This document shows positions 1-13,259 of a stretch of DNA of 64,000 nucleotides, in pieces. The translations under genes were made by a program, and so were the position numbers. The notes beneath the pieces were generated by a model. The model did no database searches. It saw only the letters and a program-made list of their open reading frames with translations, and was not told the DNA's origin. The stretch comes from Monocercomonoides exilis PA203 (Eukaryota > Protista > Preaxostyla), in the NCBI GenBank assembly GCA_001643675.2, contig LSRY02000024.1, positions 1,116,001-1,180,000 on the forward strand, read 5' to 3'. Numbering within the stretch: the first letter of the stretch is position 1; the number at the start of each line of letters is the position of its first letter.

Positions 1-1755
1 GAAAGAAGAAGACGATGAAGTTGAAGGAGAAGAAGAGGGAGAAGAAGAAGATGAAGAAGAAGAAGGAGAAGGGAATTCAGGAATAGAGATTGGAGAGAGA
101 GGCGGGAGTGGCTCATCGAACAGCGAGGAAGAAGGAGGCAAGTCAGAAGAAGCGAAAGAAGAAAACTGAGAAGGTGAAGAAAGCGGGCGAAGAGGCTGAG
201 AAGCATCTGCCCCTGCCATTTTATGCACAGCCACATTCTCATTCACTTTCTGTTTTGTGTGTTGATTTCCAACAATTTCATCATTCCTCTTCTTCATCAT
301 CATCTTCTGTTCTTCTTCTTCTTGTTGTTGGTGTTGTTGTTGTGAGCTGTTGTGTCTGAGAATGTCAGCTACGCTGCTGTCGTCGAAGGAGGGTGAGAGA
401 GCATTCGCCATCAGAGGAAGAAGCGTGTGGCGTGGTAGAGGCGGATGAGACGAGCCAATGGCTGTATGCGGAGGTGCTGTTTGAACGAATTCTTTGCTTT
501 GCTGCTTTGCCAGCTGCTTCTCAGCAGGTTCTTTGGATTTTTCGGCAGCTTCCTTTTTGAGGTGCTCTTTCAGCTTTTCTTCCTCCAGCAGCTCATCTGC
601 TGACTCATATCTCGAAAACTCCTTCTTCTTTATGTCTGCTTTGCTTGGCTGTTTGTGCTCTTCATTGGAAGTATTTTCGTTTTGTATGGCTTCATCAACT
701 TCTCTTTTTGGATATCTTCCATTTTCTTGCATGCTGTTAAATTTCTCTCTCGCTACACTTTCTGAATCAATTGTCATTGTATCGTTCGTTTCTTCTGCTT
801 CTTTTTTCTTTCTTGCAGCTGATGATGATGCTGCATTGCCAACTTCATAGCGAGATTCTTTCACTTCAATCTTCTCTTCACCGTTGGCATTCATCTGCCC
901 ATCTTCTCTTTCATCTTCTTTTGTCATGTCCTTTTTCGCATTCGCTCCACTATTTTTCAGTGAAGGCGGCATTGCAAATCCGTCTGGAAATGTGAAATGC
1001 CTTTCAATTTCGTTTTCTTTCTTTCCACTTGAAACCCCTTTTTCATTTTCATTCATGCCCAACGTTGGATATCTCGGTGCATGCCCAATTTTTGCTTTTT
1101 CTGCACTAAAAGCATCGTCAATATTTCTTTCCAACTGCAAATTTCTGTCTGCTTTCTTTAGGAATTCGTCAGCGCGTGCCTGGTCATAATTTTCTGTCTT
1201 TCCATGAGCTGACCTTGGAGAAACCAGTCCAAATTGCGAGTGCTGAACTGGCTGCATAAATGTGGCAGAAGGAGAAACGCGCGCTGGTAATGAAGAAGAA
1301 AGAATCGGAGATTGATATGGTGCATTTTCTTCAAAATCGTGCTGTGTTTCTGTTGAATAAAGAGGATGAGATGTTTCACGAGGTTGAGTTATCGCTTGAA
1401 GAAAACGCTGCTTCGAGACGTGATAAACATCATCTGTTGGAATTTGTTGCGATGAAGGCTCAGAAGAAAAAAATGTATTTGATGGAGTGTTTGCTGGGAT
1501 TTGTATATCTGGAATTCGTAATGAATCATCGTCAATTGTTTGTGAATTCTTTGGTTTGTCAGTGACAGAAGGTATTCTTGATTCATCATTTGGATTTGCG
1601 CGTAATTGTTGATTATTTGGTTGCGCATTAACCTTCACTTTTATTCGTTCATTCAAAATGCCTTGTTTTGAATTTTCGATTGAAGTTGTGAACTTCGATG
1701 ATAAACTTTTTCGTGGATTCTCTCCTGCATTAGACAAATCTATGCGAGTTCCATG
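1..1755 (-). CDS. Large low-complexity hypothetical protein, partial (runs off the window start; 5' exon not resolved)
   Basis: Manual translation gives a stop-free minus-strand frame from about 1755 to base 1 (HGTRIDLSNAGENPRKSL...SSSSSF). It follows a pyrimidine-rich CAG acceptor and is absent from the ORF track because it has no stop in the window. Confidence 0.75.
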
Positions 1756-2478
1756 CTGGATTTTTGAAATAAAAATGTATAAAAATAACGATTTCTATTC
1801 TGCAAACCTTATTCAATGTCAAACATGGATAAAATGCAATTAAAATACAAATGCAGGAAAATAAACGAAACAAAAAAATTGTTTTCATATGGCTGCATGA
1901 AGAGGCCATAAATTAAACCCAAGTAGCTTTTCGATTTATTAAAAACTCGTCATTGTTTTCTCAATAAAATATTGTGGGATATTTCTCCAAGCAATCAATT
2001 TTTCGAAAAAAGAGAAAAAGTTTAGCATTCTTTATTTCATTACTGCAGTATATTGCGAAATAATTATCTTTATACCGGATTTATCCAATGATTATCACAA
2101 CTTGTACCAAAATGTTCGTGGCAATTTTCGCATTTAACTATTGAAGCAAAGCAGATATAGCTATCTTCAAATATCATCAATCCTTTTAACTTATTCATTT
2201 TTATAAAAATGCTATTCATGCGATTGCCGTATTGCATTAACAGTTTACAAAATTGCTAAAAGAATTCATCGAATGTTTTGATAAATTAAGAGAAAAGTAA
2301 AAATCAAAATTTGAAATTAATAAATTCATTTTTGTTTATCAATTTCATGCTGGATAATGACATTTACCGAGAAAGTGCCTGTAGCGTGCATAAAAGTTGA
2401 AAATATGCATATATCCCTCAAAACAATATGCAAATACCTTCTCTTTTATCTTCTTCAGATGGAGTGAGAGTATTTGAT

Positions 2479-4665
2479 TCAAATGCCTGGAAGAGTCGGT
2501 GGAAGTGGGATGTTTCCGTTGTGGATGCCTGTGATGCGAAGAGGGAGCATTTCAATCATTTGCTTGCACATTTCGATCTGATAAAGAGAAAATAAAAATA
2601 CAAAAATGAAAAAGAAAAAAAGGAAGAAAAAATGAAATATTGTAATCAAAATAAATTTCAAATAGAAAATATTAGTATTTTTTTTGTTTATTCAAACCTC
2701 TTTTTGGAAAAATGTTTTGATTTTGTTGTTTTCATAGAATGAAACAGAATATCTGTATTCGTCCAGCGAGCATTTCAGGTTCTCTTCGTATTTTTCCTTG
2801 TTGAGTACACAAAACCTTCCAAACAGCCTGGCGATGCTGAAGTGCGTGGACAGGTACAGCTGAAGACTGTCTTCTGGTATCTTCGGATACGACGACGGAG
2901 GCTTTCGGACAATCAGTGGTTGAATGCGAGAAGAAGAAGAAGAAGATGATGATGAGCTCATTCCAGTCTGTGCAGAGTAGGATGCTGCGGAATATCCTGT
3001 GTAGTCTGCATCAGGCTGGTCAAACGGTGCCAGCAGTATTCGGAAGTGAGTGATGGCACCATTCACATACTCATCTATCTGCGCCACCAAACTTGCCTCT
3101 TTCCCTTTCTCGTAGTGTGCCTGCTGAATCTTCAGATCTGCCAGCCTCTCATACGCCGTGGCCACTTCGTGTGACAGGTCTCCGATAGTCATCCGATACG
3201 ACGCCGGATTCAGCTGCTTGACGAGGGGCTGCAGGAGCGTGACTGTCCTCTTCAGCAGCTTGCAGACGGTTGCAATGTCAGACGGGTAGAACGGCACCAT
3301 CGCCTGGTAGAGCGACGAGATGTCCAGCTGAATCGCCACGTGGTCTGTCACAAACCCATCAAGCACATAATACTTCGCAGCTGCGTTGAACAGAGCCAGC
3401 CCCCTTTTGAACAAAGCAGAGGCTGAGGAGAAAGTAGGCTCAGACTCTGAGGAATATGCAGGTGAAGACGCTGATGACGATGCAGATGCTGAAGAATTGC
3501 GTGGCTCAGAGTCGATAGTTGTTTGAAGATAATCCGAAATGCGACGTGGAGATGAGCCAACAGGTGGGACAACACCTGGATGCACATCAATCACAGAGAA
3601 GAGGGACGAAGGTGAAAATTCCAGAGCACCTGCAAGAAGCTCCTCTTTAGTCTTCTCGATTTCAGCCAGATCCTGCATTTTCCTTGCCTTGCGCCTCTCT
3701 TCTGATTCTTCTTTTTGCTTCTTTTTTTCATTCATAAATTCTTCTCTCTCTTTCAAAAACTCATCGTTTGTGCCTTCTTTCTTTTGCCGTTCAATAGTCA
3801 TTATCTCTTCTTTCCGCTCTGCCATATCCTTCAGTTCTGCCAAATACAAACGAGCTTTTGTTAAAGAAAGTTGGGCCATCGTTTGCTGTTCTTCTTCAGA
3901 TGAAGCAGCATCAGCCTGTTTCTCTGTTTTTTCCTTAATTACAATGTCAGCTTCTTTCATGCACGCTTCAGCACGTTCAAATTGTCTTGTATCTATGTAG
4001 TGAGTTGCCATTGAACAACAATTCCCGACCCAATCAAATGGTATGTATTCACCGAATTCAAGTTGCCTTGAAAGAGTAACCTCACAATACTCACCCCCCA
4101 AATCACGATCCCCAATTTGAGTTAGAACCTGTGCTTTATAAAACAACGTAAGTGTATGCATGCTTTCAGATAAAGGTGTGATATTATCGGAGTCTTTTGA
4201 TTTTTCAATAAGATAAGCTGATTCTGATTTATTGAAAAAGTCCATGGCTTTTGAATGCTCGCTTCGATTTGCCCATAGTACTCCGATTTGATTATATCCA
4301 TTTATTAAAGCTACAGCATTTTCAATGGGGCGTTTTGCAAGGGTTGGCATACTTGCCATTAAACGACTTTCTCCAGCAGATACCTCTTCGCCTTCAATCT
4401 CAACGCATCCGCAAAGGTAATTCATTTGCGCAAGCATAATATCAATATCCGCTCGTTTATTTGGTTCAATGTCCATCTGGAGCAAACGCGTTAAATGAGC
4501 CTGGTATTTATCAAGATACGTCACAGCTTCATATTTTGATTTGAATGGCGTTTCCTGTGGATCTTGAATAGAAATTAATCTTTTGAATTCACTTATTACT
4601 TTTGGAAAATCGTTAGCAAAAGACTCTTCAAGTGAATCAGAATATTCCTGAACTTCTGAAGTCAT
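2479..4665 (-). CDS. KIFBP: KIF-binding protein (KBP/KIAA1279 family, TPR-like), 2 exons, intron 2697..2578
   Basis: Has the KBP-type motif YYVLDGFVTDHVAIQLDISSLY. Splicing GAG|gtttga...cag|ATC restores the C-terminal KEIEMCKQMIEMLPLRI. Confidence 0.85.
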
Positions 4666-5469
4666 ATAAAATTTTATGGGTGCATTGACTTTCACAAATG
4701 TTGATATTTGTTGAAGATCTTTTCAACAACAAATCCTTTTTCACTTCAATAAAAAGAACGAACAAAGATTGACTGCAAACAAATTCGTTTCTTTTGACTT
4801 GTGAAATTCATTTTTTAAATGTTGAGAATCTTTTCAGGACAAATTGAATACGAAAGTTTACACAAATTTTTCGTTTTATAATTCAATTTAAAAAAATATA
4901 CAAATATATGCATTTGATTAGAAACAATCATTTTTGTGTATATCGTATCTTTATTGCATAACTTATAAATTTTCTCTTCTTCTTCACTGTGTAATAATCA
5001 AAGAGAACTTTTCAAATATTTTTTATTTTATCCTTATCACAGAAACAATCACCAAAAAGATATTTTTTATTTCTAAGATTGAAAGTCATTCGTTTTTATA
5101 TGTTAAAAAATGAACATTTTTTGTTTATTGAGAAAAAATAAAAAAAGAAAAAGATAACTTATTCAAAAAGAAATTATTGAAAGCAATTTATTCTCATTCC
5201 ACGTATAAATAGTTATGCTTTCAGTTTGTGAATGTCATTATTTCCGATGAATTGACAAAATAGAACAACACTCTGAATTTGCAAAAAAAAAAATCAAAAA
5301 TATCATCAATGTTTCTTCATAAATATTTTTCCTGTCAATATATTCTTAAAAACTGGATTATTTTTGTAAATTAACTTTGATTTGAACTAGCAAGAAAAAC
5401 AGTTAGACACATACCCAACATAAGGAATCCCATCGAATTTGTTGCTTTTTAATTTTTTTTTATTAATCG

Positions 5470-7558
5470 ATGTTTGCCACTTTTTCCATCCATTTTTACA
5501 TTAAATGTGAATTTTCGATTGTTATATACAAATTTCTTGCATTTTTAAAAACACTATTTCCAGGGGTTGTTGTTCCAGCAACTATGTTTTCCAAAATACT
5601 GAAGCTGAGACTTATTACGGTCATGTTGTCAAAAAATACAAAGAGTTAATAACAGAGGATCCTTCTGATGCAGTTAAAAACTTTCTGCCTACCACTGCTC
5701 AAAGCTTAACCAAAATTCCACATCGCACTTTTCTTGTTCCTCTACCTTTTGATAACATTCGTCTTAATTCTACCTGTCTTCAAGCACTTCACGAAGGGAT
5801 GGTTGGTACGCGCTGCATTGTAGAGCTATCTTTGTCCCACTGCTTTTTGGCTGATGATGCAATAAATGTTGTTTCTGAGATGTTGAAGGAGAAACGGATG
5901 CTAAGAAAGGTATTTGCTTTTATAAATAACAAACATCATTGCATTTGAATTAATTTTGGAAACATTTTCCTTTTATTATTTCCTTTCTTATTGTCATTTA
6001 GTTGGATTTATCATACAATAAAATTGGTCAAGCAGGATTTATCCTTCTTGGTCAATCACTTCGCGCAAATAAAACTCTAAGTACTTTAATTCTCAATCAC
6101 AACCCCGGTAAAATGGAAGGAGTGATGCATCTTTCTATTGCATTACGGCTCAATAGAACTTTGCTTCGGCTTGGTCTTGGATATCTGGATATGGGTGATG
6201 AAGGCGCTTGTCACATAGCGTCAAATATCACGGAGAACAAAAGATTAGCTCATCTGGACTTATCTGGGAATCACATTGGAATGGAAGGAGCACAACAGCT
6301 TGTGCTGGCTATTGGACAGAATACGTCTTTGCGCTCAATCGATGTCCAAAACAATCCAATTCCTCAAAGCTATCTGCAGGCAATTGAACAGGTGCTCGAA
6401 AGAAATGCAACAGTGGGATACTGTCTGCAGCACATCATCAATGACTTCTGGGAGAAAGTGACATCATCTAACTTGATTGCTGAAGAAGAGACAACTGAAG
6501 GAGGAACTCGACTTTACTGGATTACTCCTGGACAGAAACAGACTCAATCAACTGCTTCTTTAAACACTTCTTCCTCTTCCTCTTCATCCTCCTCTTCTTC
6601 TTCAATTGACGACGAGGACTCTCTCGACCACAACCAAGAGCTCTCTCTCATCTCCTCAAGCCTCTCTCAGTCCGACCTCACCCAAATGAGCGGGCTGGCC
6701 GGGATGCACCTGCCTTCCCGCGAGGCCATCCAGCGGGCTGCGCAGTACCTCGCCCAGCAGTTCGGCCCCTTCGAGCTCCCGTTCCTGCTTCCCGGGCAGC
6801 AGCGGCACTCTTCTCTGCGGCGCCCGAGGAAGCTGAGGGTGGGCTATGCAGACACAATCGGCAGAAGGCTGACGATGGAAGATATGATTGTGATCAAGCG
6901 GAACTTCCGTTCGCGTCCAGACGAAGATCTGCTTGCAGTGTTTGACGGGCATGGCGGCAGGTCGGCCTCAGAATTCTGCGCTGAGAACCTCCCGCAGATT
7001 CTGGCAGCACATCTGGATGCAGGGCAGCCTCCGAACGTGGCGCTGAGAGAGGCCTTTTTGGAGACGAACCAGGAAATGAACCGGTACGACATCAACGACG
7101 GTACAACAGGTGCAGTGTGTCTGCTGACCGGAGACAAGATTTACTGTGCGAACGCTGGTGATACCAGAATTGTGCTGTCACGGAAGGGGAGAGCTGTGCG
7201 TCTGACGTTCGACCACAAAGCGGATGTGCCAGAGGAAGTTGCTCGAATCCAGGCGCTTGGGGGGCACGTGGTGGACAAGCGAGTGCTGGGCATTTTGGCT
7301 GTGGCACGCTCGCTGGGTGACTTCTTCCTGCATCCGTATGTGACAGCAGACCCGTTCCTGACTGTCACTAACATGTCGCCTGGGGACGAGTTCTTGATTT
7401 TGGCGTGTGATGGTGTGTGGGATGTGCTGAGCGATGATTTGGCCTGTCAGATTGTGGCAACAGACAACGATCCTGTGCAGGCGAGTCTGAAGCTTATTGA
7501 TCAGGCGTTCTTGACAGGCAGCACAGATAACATATCTGTGATTGTGGCGTACTTATGA
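5470..7558 (+). CDS. N-acylated LRR + PP2C (PPM-type) protein phosphatase, 3 exons
   Basis: Has RI-type LRRs (LDLSYNKIG, LDLSGNHIG) and PP2C motifs (GRRLTMED, VFDGHGG, ANAGDTR, DHK, LAVARSLGD, LACDGVWD, GSTDNISV). Exon 5564-5909 is in frame with the 6002 ORF through intron 5910-6001. The start codon is split as AT|intron|G, with the donor at 5472 or 5507. Confidence 0.9.
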
Positions 7559-9048
7559 GCATGGGCTCTGGGAAATTGCTGATAGTTTCATTTCTGATAA
7601 TATCATTGTTAAGATGCTGGAAGTGCTGCAAAGGAATTGAGTGGAATAAACAAGCATGCTTCAAATAAGACATTGGTTTGAATAATTATTTGTTATTGTA
7701 ATGAAATTTAATGAACTGTGTTTTGTTTCCTTATTGAAACTCTTAATCCATATATAAAAAAATAAAATGACTTTAACATATTTTTGCTTTGCTATTTCAA
7801 TTAGGCAAGAATTCTTCCAATGTTATGAAAAAGATGAGCATTCATTTCACTGTATATTTTTCCCTCCATTCAACAACGAGTGAATTTGAAAATGAACCTT
7901 CTGCAAGTCTTTCCATCATTCTCACATCAAGTTGTTGCCACCTTAGGGTGACATCGTTTATAGTTATCTCAGTGATTTATTTGTTCTATTTTTATTTCAA
8001 TTCTTTGTTAGGTTATTGTTCGTATGTTTTTTTTTTTTTTTCGATTTGTCTTTCTTTTCAGGTATTTTTATGTTGCTATTTTTTTTAACGTTATTTTTTT
8101 AGCTGATTGAGAAACTTTTATAACTTATGGCTGTATATAATGACACCGTTTAATCGTAATTGATTCCGTCTCATTTTGTGCAACTTTTCTGTTTGCGTTT
8201 TGCAGCGTGTTTGTTGGAATAAGTTGCAGTCATACACTTCAACGATAACAAGTCTTTTCAAAGACTTCAAAATTTCATCACCGTTCTCGATTAGATTCTT
8301 TGATTCCATTTATTGAAACATCTTTGAATATTTGTTTGTTTTTCTTTCAATTTTTTTTGAAAATAAAATACAATTAATTAGTATTCACTTCGATATATTT
8401 TTAAAACAGCTTATGAATTTTTGCAAACAGTTGCAAAATTTGTCGAGAAAAAGAAAGCAAAAAGAAAAGAATTCATACTTCTTCATTGTTCAAGAATATT
8501 TCACAAGTTCCTTTTTTCACATCCTAAACATTTTCCTATTTCTGATGAAAGTTTGAACAACTTTCATGAATAGTTCAATTACGAAAAGAGAATGATTATC
8601 AACAGTTTTTAAAAAATAAAAGCAACATCATTCATTTGACTACCATATGAAATAAACTTGCTCTTTAATTGCTTCTGTATCATGTATTATTTTGGTGACG
8701 TGAAATAATAACATATGCTCACAAAAATAAAATAAAAAAATAAAATAAAAATTAAAAAACTCACATTATCTAAATGTTCAAAAATGGATTTGTAAAATAT
8801 AATTATTGAATAACATGTGAGGCTCATAATAATTATCTAATATAATTATTACATGTTACTTTCAAAAGAAAAAAAAAAGGCACTCCTAATGAAAAATAGC
8901 TATAAAACAAAACATAATAAATAGCTGTTGAAATATTGAGTGAAAGCTTTAATCATCACCCACTTAGAAAAGAAAGTTTTTTTTTTTGACTAGATCTATT
9001 TTCATCTCCTTTTCATCTCCTTCCAATCTCTCAGTAGTCAGAAGGAAA

Positions 9049-9078
9049 TATGTATGTATGTATGCATGTATGTATGTA
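9049..9078. repeat. (TATG)n microsatellite
   Basis: tatgtatgtatgtatgcatgtatgtatgta just downstream of the GH3 stop codon. Confidence 0.8.
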
Positions 9079-9106
9079 TATAAGCGCTCCACTTTCATGC
9101 ACTGAA

Positions 9107-10699
9107 TTAATATCTCACACATGCTGATCTTGGCAGCCCCTCCACTTCCACAGGTGACACACCTTCAGCTTTTTCTTTCCCGCTCAAAACATCAGCCACA
9201 GCCAGCACAGCATCATCCCAGCTGTTGTACACAGCAATGAGTGTTGGGGAGTTAGATTCAGAAAGAATGTACGGAGTGTCCAGTGCCACTGTAACAGATG
9301 CCTGCTCATCCAAATCTTCTTTCGTCTGATGGTACCCCACAAGTCGCACAATGCTTTTGGCTTCTGCTCTGTTATCTGTTACTCGTATTCCGTTTTTAGA
9401 CAGCCTCTCCTTCATCAGTTGAACCTGCGTTGTATAAGAATTGCCAGAGCAGGAGACAAACACTGGATTTGTGACAAGAGGACCACTGCACCTGCCACGC
9501 AATACGGTCACCGCTCTCTTTTGCAGCCACTTTGCAAAGGACTTCTTTTCTTGTGTATTCAGCTTTGATAAGTCTGGCTGCTTGTAGCTGGACAGACGTA
9601 GTCTCAAAGATATGATTTTTGAAGCTTTTTCAGTCACAAGATTCTTGCTTAATCTCCCAGATTCGATGGCCTCTTTAATTCCTTTTGTTGCTTTCTCCAA
9701 ATCAGGAGGCATCAAAAGCACATCATTTCCTGCCAAAAGCGCACGGACTGCTGCTTCTCCTGCATCCCACTGAAGGGCTGGCTCCATTGCCATGGAATCT
9801 GTAAAAACCACACCGTTGAAATGCAGCTGCTTCTTCAACAGGTCGGTTACAATTTTGGATGAAAATGAAGATGGAACAGAATCATCAATTGCAGTTACAT
9901 TAAGATGCCCTACCATTGCTGTCCAAGTTCCCTCTGCTATTCCTCTTTTAAATGGAGGAAGATCCGTCTTTTGTAATTCCTCAATAGATTGCTGAAGTAA
10001 TGGAAGTGATTTGTGGCTATCAGTGGATGTATTTCCGTGACCAGGAAAATGCTTAACTGTTGCCGCAATTCCCATGCTCTGCATTCCGCTAATCGATGCA
10101 ATAACATTGTTGGTAACATTCGTTGGCAAATCTCCAAATGATCTGGATCCGATAACTGGATTCTTATAATTTGTTTGAACATCAGCACTTGGAGCGAAGT
10201 CCATGTTAAAGCCAAGAGCAGCAAGATCTTCAGCAGCGTACTTCCATCCTCTTTGAACGTAATCATAATTTCTGACGGCTGCAAGTGCCATTGCAGATGG
10301 AAGGCCCATAAGCCCTGTTCTCACACGGGCCACAACACCAAATTCCTGATCGACTGAAAGAAGAGGATCAGCATCAAATCCAGCTTCTCTTGCAACCTCT
10401 CTCCCAACTTTTTTCATTCGGTCAGTTAAATCACGAAGATATTCGGGAGCATTTTTAACTTTATCTGTAACAGAACCATCGAGAATAAATCCGCAAACAC
10501 GGTATTTTCTAAACGTCTCTTGGAAGGTCTCTGGCTTGTTCAACATTGAATGAACAGGCATCAAAAGTTGACCAATAAGATCGTCAATTGGCATTTCCCT
10601 TGCTATTCTCTGCGCCCTTCGTAAATAGTCTATCTCCTCAAACGAACTTTCAAAGCAGTTAACATGCAAAAGAGAAAGGAAGAAAATTGAATAAAACAT
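9107..10699 (-). CDS. nagZ: Glycoside hydrolase family 3 beta-N-acetylhexosaminidase (NagZ-type) with signal peptide, intronless
   Basis: Has SVDQEFGVVAR, NPVIGSRSFG, the KHFPGHGNTSTDSH Asp-His dyad signature and the VFTDSMAM nucleophile, plus a hydrophobic N-terminal signal peptide. Confidence 0.92.
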   Translation of the reverse strand: MFYSIFFLSLLHVNCFESSFEEIDYLRRAQRIAREMPIDDLIGQLLMPVHSMLNKPETFQETFRKYRVCGFILDGSVTDKVKNAPEYLRDLTDRMKKVGREVAREAGFDADPLLSVDQEFGVVARVRTGLMGLPSAMALAAVRNYDYVQRGWKYAAEDLAALGFNMDFAPSADVQTNYKNPVIGSRSFGDLPTNVTNNVIASISGMQSMGIAATVKHFPGHGNTSTDSHKSLPLLQQSIEELQKTDLPPFKRGIAEGTWTAMVGHLNVTAIDDSVPSSFSSKIVTDLLKKQLHFNGVVFTDSMAMEPALQWDAGEAAVRALLAGNDVLLMPPDLEKATKGIKEAIESGRLSKNLVTEKASKIISLRLRLSSYKQPDLSKLNTQEKKSFAKWLQKRAVTVLRGRCSGPLVTNPVFVSCSGNSYTTQVQLMKERLSKNGIRVTDNRAEAKSIVRLVGYHQTKEDLDEQASVTVALDTPYILSESNSPTLIAVYNSWDDAVLAVADVLSGKEKAEGVSPVEVEGLPRSACVRY

Positions 10700-11355
10700 T
10701 ATTCGTTTAAGTTTTATGGAATCGATCCAAATATCATTTTTTCATTCAACATGAAAAGAAATTGAAAAATTGAAATTTGCAGAATATTAAAATAGATGAT
10801 AGAAATTTATCAAATTTGACAGATAAATAAATGCATTGCCATTTCTTTTTTTGTTAAAATTCATTTGCAGACACAAATTCTGAAAGTATTAACTTTGAAG
10901 ACTTAAAATTGTTCTTCACTTAAAACATCCACTGGACTCAACTTTAAACTCTCGCTTAAATCTTTAAAAACAATATACAAACATAAAAAATACAAAGCTA
11001 CGTATTTGGTGAGTAAACATTAAGTACTATTTAATTTACGTAAAAATACTTATTTGTTGAATAACTTTTGAAAGAATCAAGCAATACTTTTCAATTCGTT
11101 TAATTTCAAAAATATAATCATTGAAAAATAATACTAAGAACTTGTTCACATCGTGCGAATAAAAATTCTCGAAATGAAAAAATGAATGAAACCACACAAT
11201 TCAGAAAGGAGTGAGGAGAGAAACACATTTCATCAATTCAATTGAAACATTAAAAATAACATTTCAATCAATTGAATATTCTGCTAACTTCTCAAGCCTC
11301 AGCTGCTTCTCAATTATGTTTTCAATCATTAATAAAACAGAAGATACTAAATCAT

Positions 11356-12714
11356 TTAGTATTCTTCGCCACCTTCTCCCTCTTCCTCGTCTTCACCTGA
11401 TTCAGCACCAACTTCTTCGTAATCTTTCTCAAGAGCAGCAAGATCTTCTCTTGCTTCTGAGAATTCTCCTTCTTCCATACCTTCTCCAACGTACCAGTGG
11501 ACGAAGGCTCTCTTGGCGTACATAAGATCGAATTTGTGATCGATTCTTGAGAACACCTCAGCAATGGCTGTTGAGTTGGAGATCATGCAAACAGCTCTTT
11601 GGACTTTAGCCAAATCTCCTCCTGGAACAACTGTTGGTGGTTGATAGTTAATACCGCATTTGAATCCAGTTGGGCACCAGTCGACAAATTGGATTGTTCT
11701 CTTTGTCTTGGTGGTTGCAACAGCTGCGTTGACATCCTTTGGAACAACATCACCACGATACATCATGCAGCAAGCCATGTATTTTCCATGTCTTGGATCG
11801 CATTTTGCCATCATGTTTGCTGGTTCGAATGAGGAGTTTGTGATTTCAGCAACTGACAATTGTTCATGATATGCTTTCTCAGCTGAGATAACTGGAGCAT
11901 ATGATGAAAGCATAAAGTGGATACGTGGATATGGCACCAAGTTGGTCTGGAATTCAGTAAGATCAACATTCAAAGCACCATCGAAACGGAGTGATGCAGT
12001 CAATGATGAGATGACTTGGGCGATCAATCTGTTCAAGTTGGTGTATGTTGGGCACTCGATATCGAGGGAACGACGGCAGATATCATAGATAGCTTCGTTG
12101 TCGAGCATGACGCACACTTCAGTGTGGTTCAAAAGGGAATGAGTTGAAAGAACTGCATTGTATGGTTCAACGCATGCGTTGGAGATTTGTGGGCTTGGGT
12201 AAACAGTGAATGACAATTTTGATTTGCGGCCATAGTCAACAGACAAACGTTCAAGCAACAATGATCCCAAACCAGCACCAGTTCCTCCACCAACTGAGCT
12301 GAACACCAAGAATCCCTGAAGACCTGTGCACTGGTCAGCAAGTTTACGGATTCTGTCAAGGCACAAGTCAACAATTTCCTTACCAATTGTGTAATGTCCA
12401 CGAGCATAGTTGTTGGCTGCATCCTCTTTTCCAGAGATGATCTGTTCTGGGTGGAACAACTCTCTGTATGTTCCTGATCTCACTTCATCAGCAACAGTTG
12501 GTTCGAGATCGATGAACACTGCACGGGGTACGTGTTTGCCTGCACCAGTCTCAGAGAAGAATGTGTTGAAGGCATCATCTCCTCCTCCGATGGTTTTGTC
12601 TGATGGCATCTGTCCATCGGGCTGAATTCCGTGCTCCAAGCAGTACAATTCCCAGCAAGCATTACCAGTTTGGATACCAGCCTGACCAATATGAACTGAG
12701 ATAACTTCACGCAT
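11356..12714 (-). CDS. TUBA: Alpha-tubulin, intronless
   Basis: [13 protein letters not shown] start, GGGTGAG motif, K40 loop DKTIGGG, C-terminal GEEY, 452 aa. Confidence 0.99.
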   Translation of the reverse strand: MREVISVHIGQAGIQTGNACWELYCLEHGIQPDGQMPSDKTIGGGDDAFNTFFSETGAGKHVPRAVFIDLEPTVADEVRSGTYRELFHPEQIISGKEDAANNYARGHYTIGKEIVDLCLDRIRKLADQCTGLQGFLVFSSVGGGTGAGLGSLLLERLSVDYGRKSKLSFTVYPSPQISNACVEPYNAVLSTHSLLNHTEVCVMLDNEAIYDICRRSLDIECPTYTNLNRLIAQVISSLTASLRFDGALNVDLTEFQTNLVPYPRIHFMLSSYAPVISAEKAYHEQLSVAEITNSSFEPANMMAKCDPRHGKYMACCMMYRGDVVPKDVNAAVATTKTKRTIQFVDWCPTGFKCGINYQPPTVVPGGDLAKVQRAVCMISNSTAIAEVFSRIDHKFDLMYAKRAFVHWYVGEGMEEGEFSEAREDLAALEKDYEEVGAESGEDEEEGEGGEEY

Positions 12715-12910
12715 TTATACTTTTAATATTCTTTGTTGACAACCGCCAGCAATATTGAACTTGTGAGTTTTAATGACTTACTATTTTGGATTAAACCATA
12801 AATATTTTTATTAAATTTTATTAAAAAATGAGAAATACAATTTTTAATAAAATATTCATTCTGCAAGTTGTCTCTGAAACATTTTGTGTTAATAAATGAA
12901 TCAAATTATT

Positions 12911-12944
<34 letters not shown>

Positions 12945-13259
12945 CATCTGTTGATATTTTTCACATGCTCCTCTTGAGCGTTTCTCCATTAAACGATCAC
13001 TTTCTTCCTCTTCACTTATCCTTCCTCTTCCTCTTCCTTTTCATTTACCAACACCAAATTAATCAATTTTTTTTTATCTTCACTATTCGTTCACAGCTTT
13101 TCCTTATTTATCTTTCATCACAAAACCATTCCACAAATTGTCCAACAGATGCACGTTTCTCTTTATCTCAATCTCAATTTTCATTAAATCTTTCTTCAAG
13201 CTCCTGTCTGCTTCTCTTGTAAATTCATTCTCATTCCTCTTCATATCCCAATATGTTTT

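Noticed and set aside
7800-8310. RLAEGSFS..W..K resembling a kinase Gly-loop on the minus strand, plus a 63 aa ORF
   Set aside because: Too short, followed by a stop, and with no other kinase motifs.
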